From: a bacterium
GTDB taxonomy: Bacteria; Verrucomicrobiota; Kiritimatiellia; RFP12; UBA1067
Direction of reading: 5' to 3'
NCBI GenBank assembly: GCA_037141675.1
Contig: JBAXCC010000003.1
Coordinates: 1 to 48,760 of the forward strand
DNA: 48,760 nucleotides
Shown here one piece after another: positions 25,701-34,691 of the stretch. The translations under genes and the position numbers were made by a program. Under the pieces are notes generated by a model. That model was not told the DNA's origin. It saw nothing but the letters and a program-made list of their open reading frames with translations, and did no database searches. Within the stretch, counting starts at the first letter, position 1, and each line of letters starts with the position of its first letter.

Positions 25701-27257
25701 ATGCAGATATTCACTGATAACGCTTCAAAACCAAACAAGCTTTTTTATGGACTCCTCTTTGCTTGTTTCTTCCTCCTCTATGCGGTAACGGCTCAACGGG
25801 GTGTAAGCTGGCAGGACAGCGGTGAATTTCAGTATCGCGTACTCGTGCATGACTATTCCTGGATATCAGGCATCGCCATCGCCCATCCTGCCTATATTGT
25901 CGGTGCAGAACTTTTTTCCTGTCTTTTCCCCGCCTCTTGTCGCTTTTATGCGATCAATCTCTTTAGTGGCCTTGGCATGGCGTTCGCTTTGATGTTTCTC
26001 GCACGCCTCCTCACGCTGTTGCGGTTGAAAACTTCTACCGTCATCCTCACTGTGCTGACGCTCGGTTTGTCGCACATGGCGTGGTGGCTCTCCACTATCT
26101 CGGAGGTCTATACCTGGTCCCTCGCCTTTCTCATGGCGGAGCTTTTCTGCATGGCGAAGCTCTGCGGAGAGGGATCCGAAGAAAAGATGAAAGAGGAAGG
26201 AGAAAGGAGACAGGGTCACGGGGCGACAAGGATCTGGCTCCTTCTGGCGTTACTCAACGGCCTTCATGCCTCTTTTCACAATTTTGCCTTTCTCAACCTG
26301 CCAGTCTATGCCATTCTGTTTATTTGCCTCCAGTGGCGCAGAAACCTACTTCAGAGCATCGCCCTCCTGCTACTCACGGCCTGCGCGTGGCTCGTGGGTG
26401 CTTGCCTGCTCGTCGCCCTCTTCTACCTCGAATGGTCTGCGACGCAGTCCTTCACTGCAACACTTAAGAGTCTTCTGTTCAGCCACGAGTTTGAAGATGT
26501 TGTCACAGGGACGCGGGCAATCAACTGGTCCCTCGCAAAGATGAATCTCGCCTTGGCCAGCATCAGCTTCTTGAGTCCGGCATGGCTCTTTGTCTATTTT
26601 GCAGGACGCACCCGTAGCACTTATCCGTATTTCAAGCTTGCGCTTCTCAGCTTGACGATACTCCATTTTTTCTTCTGGATCCGCTATTTTGTACCTGATC
26701 AAGCGACGTTTCTCCTGCCGACTCTGGGGCTGCTCGCCATCTGGGTTGGGATTGGACTGGACAGTCTTACACTCAGACGGAAGCAGGTGGTGCTCCTTGG
26801 CACCGCCATACTCCTGTTCGCCATTGTAACCCCGTTGTTACTCCACCACATCCTGCTCGTCAAACAAGGCGGTGTCAAACGCATGCGTGAGCTGCCCTTC
26901 CGCGAAGAGAGTAGCTATTGGATATTCCCCTGGAAACACAACGAGCGATCTGCCGCTCGCTTTGTCGAGCATGTCTGTGCTATTCTAAAAGCTGGAGATG
27001 TTTTAATTGCGGATAATACGGCTGCAGGTCCTGTCATGGTAGCGCAAGCGGCTGGACTTTTAACATCCAATATTCGCATCATTACTTTTTTTACAGGCGA
27101 GACCGACGAGGAAATCATCCAACTGATCAGGACAAAAGAGCGCGTTTACATTGTGTCACCTATTGCCGGGTATGCATCAAGTGCCTTGCTAACAGGCCAG
27201 TTTACATTTGAAAAAGAGGATGCTCTTTATCGCGTCAGGAGTGCACGTCATGACTAA
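25701..27257 (+). CDS. DUF2723/TMEM260-like GT-C membrane glycosyltransferase
   Basis: WQDSGEF after TM1, AHPAY, STISEVY and about 11-13 hydrophobic helices. Start at ATG 25701, since the ORF-track start overlaps the previous gene. Confidence 0.75.
   Translation: MQIFTDNASKPNKLFYGLLFACFFLLYAVTAQRGVSWQDSGEFQYRVLVHDYSWISGIAIAHPAYIVGAELFSCLFPASCRFYAINLFSGLGMAFALMFLARLLTLLRLKTSTVILTVLTLGLSHMAWWLSTISEVYTWSLAFLMAELFCMAKLCGEGSEEKMKEEGERRQGHGATRIWLLLALLNGLHASFHNFAFLNLPVYAILFICLQWRRNLLQSIALLLLTACAWLVGACLLVALFYLEWSATQSFTATLKSLLFSHEFEDVVTGTRAINWSLAKMNLALASISFLSPAWLFVYFAGRTRSTYPYFKLALLSLTILHFFFWIRYFVPDQATFLLPTLGLLAIWVGIGLDSLTLRRKQVVLLGTAILLFAIVTPLLLHHILLVKQGGVKRMRELPFREESSYWIFPWKHNERSAARFVEHVCAILKAGDVLIADNTAAGPVMVAQAAGLLTSNIRIITFFTGETDEEIIQLIRTKERVYIVSPIAGYASSALLTGQFTFEKEDALYRVRSARHD
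26181..26232 (+). repeat. Purine-rich 7/8-nt tandem repeats inside the GT-C gene
   Basis: GAAAAGA TGAAAGA GGAAGGA GAAAGGA, then GACAGGGT CACGGGGC GACAAGGA. It encodes the charged loop EKMKEEGERRQGHGATR. Confidence 0.55.
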
Positions 27258-28413
27258 ACGTATTTTTTTATCGCCCCCATGGATGGGCGGGGACGAACGC
27301 AAGCTCGTTGAAGCAGCGTTCGATTCGAACTATGTTGCACCTTGCGGTCCTATGGTCGACCAGTTTGAAAAAGATTTCACTGCATTCACCCATCAGCCGA
27401 GCGCCTGCGCACTCTCCAGTTGCACAGCAGCACTTGATCTGCTTTGCCGCGAACTGGACGTCCAAAAGGGTGATACCCTCTTCTGTTCTGATCTAACATT
27501 TGTCGCGTCAATTGCGCCGGCCGTCCATCGAGGCGCGACACCCGTCTTTATTGACAGTGACGAACACACGTGGAATATGAATCCGGACCTTCTTGCAGAA
27601 GCACTGGCGGATGCTGAACGAGACAATCACTTACCCAAAGCGGTTATAGCGGTTGACCTCTACGGGCAATGCTGCGATTACAATCGCATCGAGTCGATCT
27701 GCGCCTCTTACGAAGTTCCGCTGATCATTGATTCCGCTGAGGCGCTTGGCGCGATGTATCAGCAACGCCAAGCTGGTGACGCCGGATGGGCTTCTGTCTA
27801 TTCATTCAACGGAAACAAAATCATCACCACGTCCGGTGGAGGCATGTTAACATCCCGCGATAGTGCCATTGTCGACCGTGCACGCAAACGTTCACAGCAA
27901 TCGCGTGAGAATCACATCTGGTACGAACATGGCGAACTCGGCTATAATTATCGTATGAGCAATATCGTTGCGGCGATCGGTGTCGGACAACTTCAAGTCT
28001 TGCCTGAAATCATTCGGCGCAAACATCAAATTTTCGGTTGGTATCGCGCAAACCTAAAAGACATTTCGGGCTTAGCTTTTATGCCCGAAGCGGCTTACGG
28101 CAAAGCCACACGCTGGTTAACGGTCATCACCCTCAACGCTGAACATGCGACACCTGACACGGCATCACCTTCACAGGAGGTTTTTAACGTGATGCAGGCA
28201 TTGGCAAACGAAAATATTGAGGCCCGCCCGATTTGGAAGCCCATGCATCTGCAACCCGTTTTTCGCTCTGCAAAAATTTACGGTGGCGCGGTCAGCAAGC
28301 GCTATTTCAACGCGGGACTATGTCTCCCATCTGGCGCTGGCTTGACTCAATCCGATGTCGACCGTATCTGTAGCATTGTGAAGCAGTCGCTTTTTAATAC
28401 ATCAAGCATTTGA
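27250..28413 (+). CDS. DegT/DnrJ/EryC1/StrS sugar aminotransferase (PglE/EpsN-like)
   Basis: RIFLSPP, VDLYG, DSAEALG, the PLP-lysine motif SFNGNKIITTSGGG, GYNYRMSN, RPIWKPMHLQP and GLCLPSG. ATG 27250 has an AGGAG RBS and overlaps the upstream stop. Confidence 0.94.
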   Translation: MTKRIFLSPPWMGGDERKLVEAAFDSNYVAPCGPMVDQFEKDFTAFTHQPSACALSSCTAALDLLCRELDVQKGDTLFCSDLTFVASIAPAVHRGATPVFIDSDEHTWNMNPDLLAEALADAERDNHLPKAVIAVDLYGQCCDYNRIESICASYEVPLIIDSAEALGAMYQQRQAGDAGWASVYSFNGNKIITTSGGGMLTSRDSAIVDRARKRSQQSRENHIWYEHGELGYNYRMSNIVAAIGVGQLQVLPEIIRRKHQIFGWYRANLKDISGLAFMPEAAYGKATRWLTVITLNAEHATPDTASPSQEVFNVMQALANENIEARPIWKPMHLQPVFRSAKIYGGAVSKRYFNAGLCLPSGAGLTQSDVDRICSIVKQSLFNTSSI

Positions 28414-28425
28414 CAAGGAATACCG

Positions 28426-30111
28426 ATGAGCACGCAGAAACAAATACTTGATTGGATGCGATTTGCAATGCTCGCCATTATAGCTCTCTTTGCCTATTTT
28501 AATTATTCATGGATGATAGGTTACACCATGATGATGTTTAACGAACCCCTGGAGGATATGTCGCATGGATGGGTCATCCCGTTTGTCAGCCTCTTTGCAA
28601 TCTGGAAGCTGCGGGCTGATTTTTCAAAAGCCATGGCCACCGGGAGACCTTCCTGGCAAGGGTTTTTTTGGTCCGTTCTGTTTCTTGTCATCGCTTGGTT
28701 TGGCGCACGGGGTCAACAATCTCGCATTGAGCAACTGTCTCTTATTGGGCTTATTTGGTCTATACCATATGCCCTTTGGGGTCGGAATATAGCGCAACTC
28801 TTGTTGTTCCCGGCTGGGTTCCTCCTCTTTACAATCCCTATTTCTTCCTTTCTTGATTTCTTCACTATGCACCTGCGCATATTTTCTTCTGGCATGGCCA
28901 CTGGCATTCTTAATGGATTCGGCATGGTCATTGAGCGTTCGGGAACAGCACTTTTCTCTCGCGTACCCGGAGGTGAGTTCAATGTGGATGTTGCTGACCC
29001 GTGTAGCGGTATTCGTTCGCTCTTCGCCATGATGGCACTTACAGCCGCCTACGCTCATTTCACGTTAAAGACGCGCCTTCAAAAATGGTTTCTTTTTGCA
29101 TGTTCGTTGCCCATCGCGATGGTTGGCAACATGTTCCGAATCTTTTCCATTTGCATTGTTGCACGTTTTTTCGGACAGGAAATCGCGACTGGCTTCTATC
29201 ACGACTATTCAGGCTTCGTCATTTTTATCATCGGTGTATTATTGATGTTCGAAACTGGCCGATGGGTCGTTAAAGTTGACACATGGGCCCAAAATGCTTT
29301 TCCACGTCTCCGCTCATTCTTTTCCCTTGCTCCTGAAGAGCATGCATCTGAGAAGCAACCGAACCGAATATACTTCATTCAGGCAGGGCTTATCTTTTCG
29401 CTGGCACTCTTTGTTTTTATCAGCAACCGAATGGTTGGGGCCCCTCTCTATGATCCAACACGTTATATTGTTGCGGATCTTCCCAAACAGATCAATTCCC
29501 TCATCGGCGATCAGCCCTGGTTCTGCCACAACGAACAATGCAATAATCATTCTGAAGAACGAATTCTTATAGAACAAAAATGCCAACAAGGCGACGGATT
29601 TACGTGCCCAACCTGTGGTGGTAAAATGAAAAAAGTCTCGATGGGCGAATTGCAAGACCTTCCAACAGATACAGAAATTCTTAAACGTATCTATCGTTCT
29701 TCGGATGGCCTCACTTATTCTGTAAGCGTTGTCATTGCTGGACAAAGCCGTGGGAGCATTCATCGGGCGGAACTTTGCCTGCCGGCACAAGGATTCGTAA
29801 TGCTCAGTGCGAAAAAAGAAAAGCTGAACATCAAGACCGGTCACCCCCGGGAAGCGCGGATCATCCAGGCTCAACGCTCGTCTTCCGATGATCGTTTTTC
29901 GCTCGTCTACTGGTTCGTGAGCAGGAATCATGAGTGCGCTTCGCATGCTGAGCGCATTTTACTCGATATCTGGGACCGGTCCATCCATAATCGTATCAAT
30001 CGTTGGGCCATGATTGCCGTAAATGTATCAACCCCGCTGGATACTCCTGAATCGAGAATATCGTTCGAAGCCTTTGTAGATGATCTTTACCCGAAAATAC
30101 TTCTCAAATAA
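28426..30111 (+). CDS. Exosortase (EpsH family) fused to an EpsI-like periplasmic domain
   Basis: SHGWVIP and the catalytic triad motifs VADPCSGIRS (Cys193), NMFRI and FYHD, across about 8 TM helices. C-terminal IHRAELCLPAQG and VYWF are EpsI-like motifs. Confidence 0.9.
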   Translation: MSTQKQILDWMRFAMLAIIALFAYFNYSWMIGYTMMMFNEPLEDMSHGWVIPFVSLFAIWKLRADFSKAMATGRPSWQGFFWSVLFLVIAWFGARGQQSRIEQLSLIGLIWSIPYALWGRNIAQLLLFPAGFLLFTIPISSFLDFFTMHLRIFSSGMATGILNGFGMVIERSGTALFSRVPGGEFNVDVADPCSGIRSLFAMMALTAAYAHFTLKTRLQKWFLFACSLPIAMVGNMFRIFSICIVARFFGQEIATGFYHDYSGFVIFIIGVLLMFETGRWVVKVDTWAQNAFPRLRSFFSLAPEEHASEKQPNRIYFIQAGLIFSLALFVFISNRMVGAPLYDPTRYIVADLPKQINSLIGDQPWFCHNEQCNNHSEERILIEQKCQQGDGFTCPTCGGKMKKVSMGELQDLPTDTEILKRIYRSSDGLTYSVSVVIAGQSRGSIHRAELCLPAQGFVMLSAKKEKLNIKTGHPREARIIQAQRSSSDDRFSLVYWFVSRNHECASHAERILLDIWDRSIHNRINRWAMIAVNVSTPLDTPESRISFEAFVDDLYPKILLK

Positions 30112-30122
30112 ATAGGCGAAAT

Positions 30123-31184
30123 ATGGAAACAAAAATTTTAGAGTGGCTACGCGCATTGACGTTGTTAGTGCTAATCCTTCTCGGATGCCTCCATTTCAAG
30201 AGTGTCTTGTTAAGCGCCATGGCGATTGACTTCACGAAGATATCGGCCACACAACTGATATCATTCGAATGGATCGTTCCCTTTATTTGTTTCTATGCTC
30301 TCTTTACCCGAAGAGAGGAAATTTCGCGGGCCGCCTCTCTTCCATCTTGGACCGGGTTTGCGATGACGTGCTTTTTTCTTGTTGCGCTCTCCGCGTCTGC
30401 ACATACAAACAAGCCACCGCTCCAGCTTCTCTCCATTGCAGGATTGATCATGGCTGTTACCCATGCATTCTGGGGAAAAGAAGCGGCAAAATTATTATGG
30501 TTTCCCATGGGATTTTTAGTCTTCGCCGTCCCTGTTTTCTTTTACCTCGATTGTCTCAAAATACTTTCTGAATCCCTTTCCGATATGATCATCCGCTTCG
30601 GAACATCCGTTGAACAAACCGGCTTTAAATACTTCCGAGATCTGCTGGGCGTTAAGGGGTTCACCTTAAAGCCGGCAGACCCCGCCAGTGGCATACGTTC
30701 TCTCTTTGCCATGTTAGCGATTGCAGTAACTCTTGCACATTTTACAGTTAAGACTCGCCAGCAACGTTTCGCGATTTTCTGTTACGCAGTCCCTATTACT
30801 ATCGTTGCTAATATGATCCGCTCGTTCATCATCTGCCTCATCGCTCTCAAACTCGACCGGGAATGGGCGGTAACGTTTTATACTCATTATTCTCAATATG
30901 TCACGTTCCTCATAGCTTTGATCTTTTTTTTCCAATTGGCGAACTTCATTGTCTACCTCAGCGAAAGATATAAGAAGCCAACATCAAAAGAGTGGTTACA
31001 AAGCATTCATGAACAAGAAACACTGGTCGATGTCCCAAAACAAAGTATTGTTAAATCAGCCGCCATTATCTGTTTTATTTTTATATTCGCAATGACCGCT
31101 TTCTTCTTTACGAACACCCATAAACTAAGCGCTAAGTGCGACAAAAAGGCAAGCCCTGCAGCATCATCCACTGGTGGCAAATAA
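30123..31184 (+). CDS. Exosortase paralog lacking the catalytic cysteine (probable pseudo-enzyme)
   Basis: Collinear with the upstream exosortase (PSW.GF, LS..GLI, WG...A.LL.FP.GFL, SGIRSLFAM.A...AHFT.KTR.Q). It reads PADPASGIRS (GCC at 30684-30686) and FYTHYS. The ORF is intact and has no EpsI domain. Confidence 0.85.
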   Translation: METKILEWLRALTLLVLILLGCLHFKSVLLSAMAIDFTKISATQLISFEWIVPFICFYALFTRREEISRAASLPSWTGFAMTCFFLVALSASAHTNKPPLQLLSIAGLIMAVTHAFWGKEAAKLLWFPMGFLVFAVPVFFYLDCLKILSESLSDMIIRFGTSVEQTGFKYFRDLLGVKGFTLKPADPASGIRSLFAMLAIAVTLAHFTVKTRQQRFAIFCYAVPITIVANMIRSFIICLIALKLDREWAVTFYTHYSQYVTFLIALIFFFQLANFIVYLSERYKKPTSKEWLQSIHEQETLVDVPKQSIVKSAAIICFIFIFAMTAFFFTNTHKLSAKCDKKASPAASSTGGK

Positions 31185-31200
31185 GAGAAATCCCCTTCTC

Positions 31201-31881
31201 TTATTGGACGAATGACGTTTGGCCTGTTGCGTCCAAGGAGGGCGCACAGGGATAGAAGAGCCAGTCCTGCTCCACGGTGCAAATCACTGCCGAGCTGTGT
31301 AAAAATCCAACCCAGTTTTCTGCTGTGTACGTGCGGGCTTTTATACCTGCAAGTAACGCCGCAACAAAAATATCGTGCGACACGAGCACGTTGAGTTGCT
31401 GGGTTGTCATGCGTTGCATCCAGGCGACCATCTGGGGTGTCGCAACAGCAACATCATGCGAGTATAGCGCAGACCCTGTCCGCAAGTAATCGAGCATGTA
31501 TTGAATATAGCCGCACCGCATCATCTCGCCGGGCAGCTTCTCCGCTTCATCATAATAAAAATTCTTCAGCCCTAAAATCGGCTCATCCGCCACCTCTGCG
31601 TCCGGGCATCCCATGCCCTCTGCAAGACAGGACGCGGTCATCTGACACCGTACCATCGGACTCGACAGGAAACGGACATCATACGGCCCTGCCAGCAATC
31701 GGCCTGCCTCTCGGGCCATCTCTTCGCCTCGCGGTGTCAACGCCAGGGAGTGCCCAAAGGTCGTATCACCTGGCGTAATCTTAGGACGCTCCGAGTGCCG
31801 TATCAGCAACGATACTTTGCATCCCTCTGCCAAAAATTGTTTTACCCTCTTAAAATCAATCGTCTCTGTAAAAACCTTCAT
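31201..31881 (-). CDS. Histidine phosphatase superfamily protein
   Basis: LIRHSER, LTPRGEEMA, SSPMVRCQMTA and VSHD. ATG 31881 has an AAGGA RBS and lies just after the tilS stop. Confidence 0.88.
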   Translation of the reverse strand: MKVFTETIDFKRVKQFLAEGCKVSLLIRHSERPKITPGDTTFGHSLALTPRGEEMAREAGRLLAGPYDVRFLSSPMVRCQMTASCLAEGMGCPDAEVADEPILGLKNFYYDEAEKLPGEMMRCGYIQYMLDYLRTGSALYSHDVAVATPQMVAWMQRMTTQQLNVLVSHDIFVAALLAGIKARTYTAENWVGFLHSSAVICTVEQDWLFYPCAPSLDATGQTSFVQ

Positions 31882-31883
31882 TC

Positions 31884-33293
31884 TTATTTCCTTACGACTT
31901 CGATCCTCAAACTCGCTGACTGCTTGCCATTTACAGCAAAACGGTTCGCAATACGGTATCCCGGAATCCAGACCACCTCGTCGCCGCACACCAAGAGTGG
32001 CACAGCATCACGAATGTGCTCAGGTACTTTCGCATCCACAAAAACATCCTGCACCTTTTTCGTCCCCTTCATTCCGTAAGGCTGGATGCGATCCCCAGGC
32101 TGGCGACTCCTCGCCATGAGAGGCTTCCCAGCCAGCGCATCCGGATCGATCGTGCACACTGCAGGATAGCCCCCTGCCCCATGCGCGACACTCTCAATCC
32201 CTTTTGCAACCTTGCAGATGATGGTCACATCCCCCCATTGCGTCTGCCCCCGAGGATTCACCTTTTGGGCCAGCCTCTGAATGGGCGTTGTGTGGATGAT
32301 CTGTAACGCACCAGCCCGAAGAATCGCATACACGTCTTCACCAAGCTGCTCCTTGTCGCCCTCTTCCAAGGCGAGTAGCCGCTCAACCGTCTCAAAGCCG
32401 CTTGGCAGAGGAGCCTCCGCATGCCAGAGCCACAGCCGCATTACACGCCGCTGCAATGCCACGGGAGAGGCCTTGAGTTGTTTCATATCCAATACGTCAG
32501 TGCGCTTTTCGCGCGAGATAATATCCTGCGCCATCTCCTCTAAGAGCGAATCTTCCTCTTGTAAAATCTCTGCGGTCCTACACAAGTTCATCCGCAGCGC
32601 GTTACCGAAATTGTGCTCTAAAAAGGGCAAGATCTCAACCCGCATCTTGTTACGTGGAATCGTCACGTCCCTGTTGGTCGTGTCTTCACGCCAGGTGATT
32701 TTCTTCTGTTTGAGCCAGCCACGGACGGCCTCGCCCGAGACATGTAACAAGGGACGCATAAAACCGCGCGACCGATCTTTCAAAGGTGCCAAACCCGAGG
32801 CCCCCGCCCCGCGCATCAAACGCAGCAAGACAGTCTCCGCCACATCATCCGCCTGATGTCCTGTGGCAATCGCATCGAGTTTGAGCCGCGCGCGGCACTC
32901 TGCGAAGAATGCTTGCCGCATCTCCCGCGCAGCCATCTCAACAGAGATTGCCTCGGTTTGATGTGCCGTGACTTCACGGCGTTCCGCCACACATGACGCA
33001 CCTGTTTTTTTCGCAAGCGCTTTAACCCATTTCGCATCCTGTGCAGACGTGCTGCGCAGCCCGTGATCCAGATGGAGGACGACGAGTTTAATTTTATTCT
33101 TTTTACAGATCGGCGCCAGCAGGGTTAACAATGCGACCGAATCCGCGCCGCCTGACACCGCCACACCCAGACGCTTCACACCCTGCAACAGTCCCTTGCG
33201 TTCGATCACCGCTTGCACAGTGTCCGCAAGGCCGTCTGCATCATCACAATAGAGGGGTGCTTGATTTCGCATTTTCTGCAACTTGACGTTCAC
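31884..33293 (-). CDS. tilS: tRNA(Ile)-lysidine synthetase TilS
   Basis: AVSGGADS PP-loop, HLDHGLR, E.AARE.R, TGHQADDVAET, RPLL and C-terminal RQPGDR..KKVQDVFVDAKVP. The GTG start is uncertain. Confidence 0.96.
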   Translation of the reverse strand: MNVKLQKMRNQAPLYCDDADGLADTVQAVIERKGLLQGVKRLGVAVSGGADSVALLTLLAPICKKNKIKLVVLHLDHGLRSTSAQDAKWVKALAKKTGASCVAERREVTAHQTEAISVEMAAREMRQAFFAECRARLKLDAIATGHQADDVAETVLLRLMRGAGASGLAPLKDRSRGFMRPLLHVSGEAVRGWLKQKKITWREDTTNRDVTIPRNKMRVEILPFLEHNFGNALRMNLCRTAEILQEEDSLLEEMAQDIISREKRTDVLDMKQLKASPVALQRRVMRLWLWHAEAPLPSGFETVERLLALEEGDKEQLGEDVYAILRAGALQIIHTTPIQRLAQKVNPRGQTQWGDVTIICKVAKGIESVAHGAGGYPAVCTIDPDALAGKPLMARSRQPGDRIQPYGMKGTKKVQDVFVDAKVPEHIRDAVPLLVCGDEVVWIPGYRIANRFAVNGKQSASLRIEVVRK

Positions 33294-33382
33294 GTATGGG
33301 CAAACTTGTTTTCGGAATTACGACAACCAAGCTATCGGATGCCCGCCATTTTATCGGTCTCGCAGATTCCGACGTACTTCAT

Positions 33383-34675
33383 CTATCCGGCCATCAGTCC
33401 GGCAACCGCTGCGCCGATCACAGGCGATTCGTCCACCTTGATGAGGTCGTAGGAGATTCCTCGGGGCTTCAGAAGCTTCGCCAGCTCTTGCTGTACGCGA
33501 TTCTGGAAGTCAGCAGTCAGCGTCTTATAGTAGGTCGAACCATCCACATTCACACAGACCGGACGCTGCGGATCTTTGCCTTCGCCAGTCTTGAGAATCG
33601 CGGAAGCCAGATTAATTGCCGTCAGCACAGCAGCCCGCGCATAGACAGGCGTGCACAACTGTTTGACGGTCTCACGGTCAGCAGCAGTAAATGCATCGAC
33701 CATAAAGGGATTATTCGCCTGCGGCTTGTCACCGCAGAACGCATCCAGATCCATATTTGAAAGCTTGCTCCATGCTTGGATCGTCGCAACGGCCGAGGCT
33801 GAGAAGAGGCTCTTCTTCGCCGCCACTTTGAGCACCTCAAAGCCGATACGGCCAAGATAAGCGCCTGATATCATCTTCTCAAAGGCATAATGTCCACAAT
33901 CATTGGTCTGAGCATCCATAGCCTGATCAAAGGCGGATTGCGTCACGCGGCTAAACCCGCCGGATTCAACATTGATGACCTGCGACTCCGTCTGATTCAA
34001 ATCGTTACGCTTGGTGATGCGTGCATTGCGTTCAACATACGCCGTATTTGTCCCTGTCCCCAAGATGAACCCTACATACGCACTGTACGCTTTTGCCACC
34101 CCCGCGCTCTTGCCCGCAAGCAGCGTCGCAACCGTGTCATTCAAAATGATGGCCTTGCGCGTGAAGCCACGTTTAGCCAATTGGTTCTGCAAACCAGAGC
34201 CGATCAGCGTGCCAACGACAGCGGGAACCTCGATCTGCTTTGTCCAGCAAATGAGCTTCGCATCGCACGTCGGCGTGATCTCAGCCGGATAGGAGAAGCA
34301 GAAGCCGATCGTCTCGGACGTAGCGATGACCGGCATGAGAAAATCTGCGAAGGCATCGTAAAATGCTTCAGCCGAGAGTTCCCCTGTCGTTCCTGGCATC
34401 GGACGCTTTAAGAAGGAACCGATAGCTGCCTTGCCGCTTGCTTCAATCGTGACAACAGCCGAGCGCAAATTCGTCCCGCCTGCATCCAGCACAACAACCG
34501 GCGTGTTCGTCTTCACAGACTTATCAATCGTGATGAACGAAGGAATCATCATCAGGCTTGAGCGCTTGCCCGCCAACCCGGCATCCATCTCCTCTATAAA
34601 GGTTGCGAGCAATGCCGCACGATCAATACCCTCAACATCCAGGCCGTTCTCTTTCAAAAAAGCACTTGCATCCAT
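33383..34675 (-). CDS. Eukaryote-type hexokinase (Hexokinase_1/2 family)
   Basis: LDAGGTNLR, GFCFSYP, WTK, NDTVATL, ILGTGTN, INVESGGF, FEKMISGAYLG and DGS. ATG 34675 has an AAGGGG RBS. Confidence 0.93.
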   Translation of the reverse strand: MDASAFLKENGLDVEGIDRAALLATFIEEMDAGLAGKRSSLMMIPSFITIDKSVKTNTPVVVLDAGGTNLRSAVVTIEASGKAAIGSFLKRPMPGTTGELSAEAFYDAFADFLMPVIATSETIGFCFSYPAEITPTCDAKLICWTKQIEVPAVVGTLIGSGLQNQLAKRGFTRKAIILNDTVATLLAGKSAGVAKAYSAYVGFILGTGTNTAYVERNARITKRNDLNQTESQVINVESGGFSRVTQSAFDQAMDAQTNDCGHYAFEKMISGAYLGRIGFEVLKVAAKKSLFSASAVATIQAWSKLSNMDLDAFCGDKPQANNPFMVDAFTAADRETVKQLCTPVYARAAVLTAINLASAILKTGEGKDPQRPVCVNVDGSTYYKTLTADFQNRVQQELAKLLKPRGISYDLIKVDESPVIGAAVAGLMAG

Positions 34676-34691
34676 GATATTCCCCTTGTCA

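Noticed and set aside
33294-33382. Leader peptide (MKYVGICETDKMAGIR) or structured RNA between hexokinase and tilS
   Set aside because: No clear RBS or regulatory codon run, and only a weak mismatched stem.
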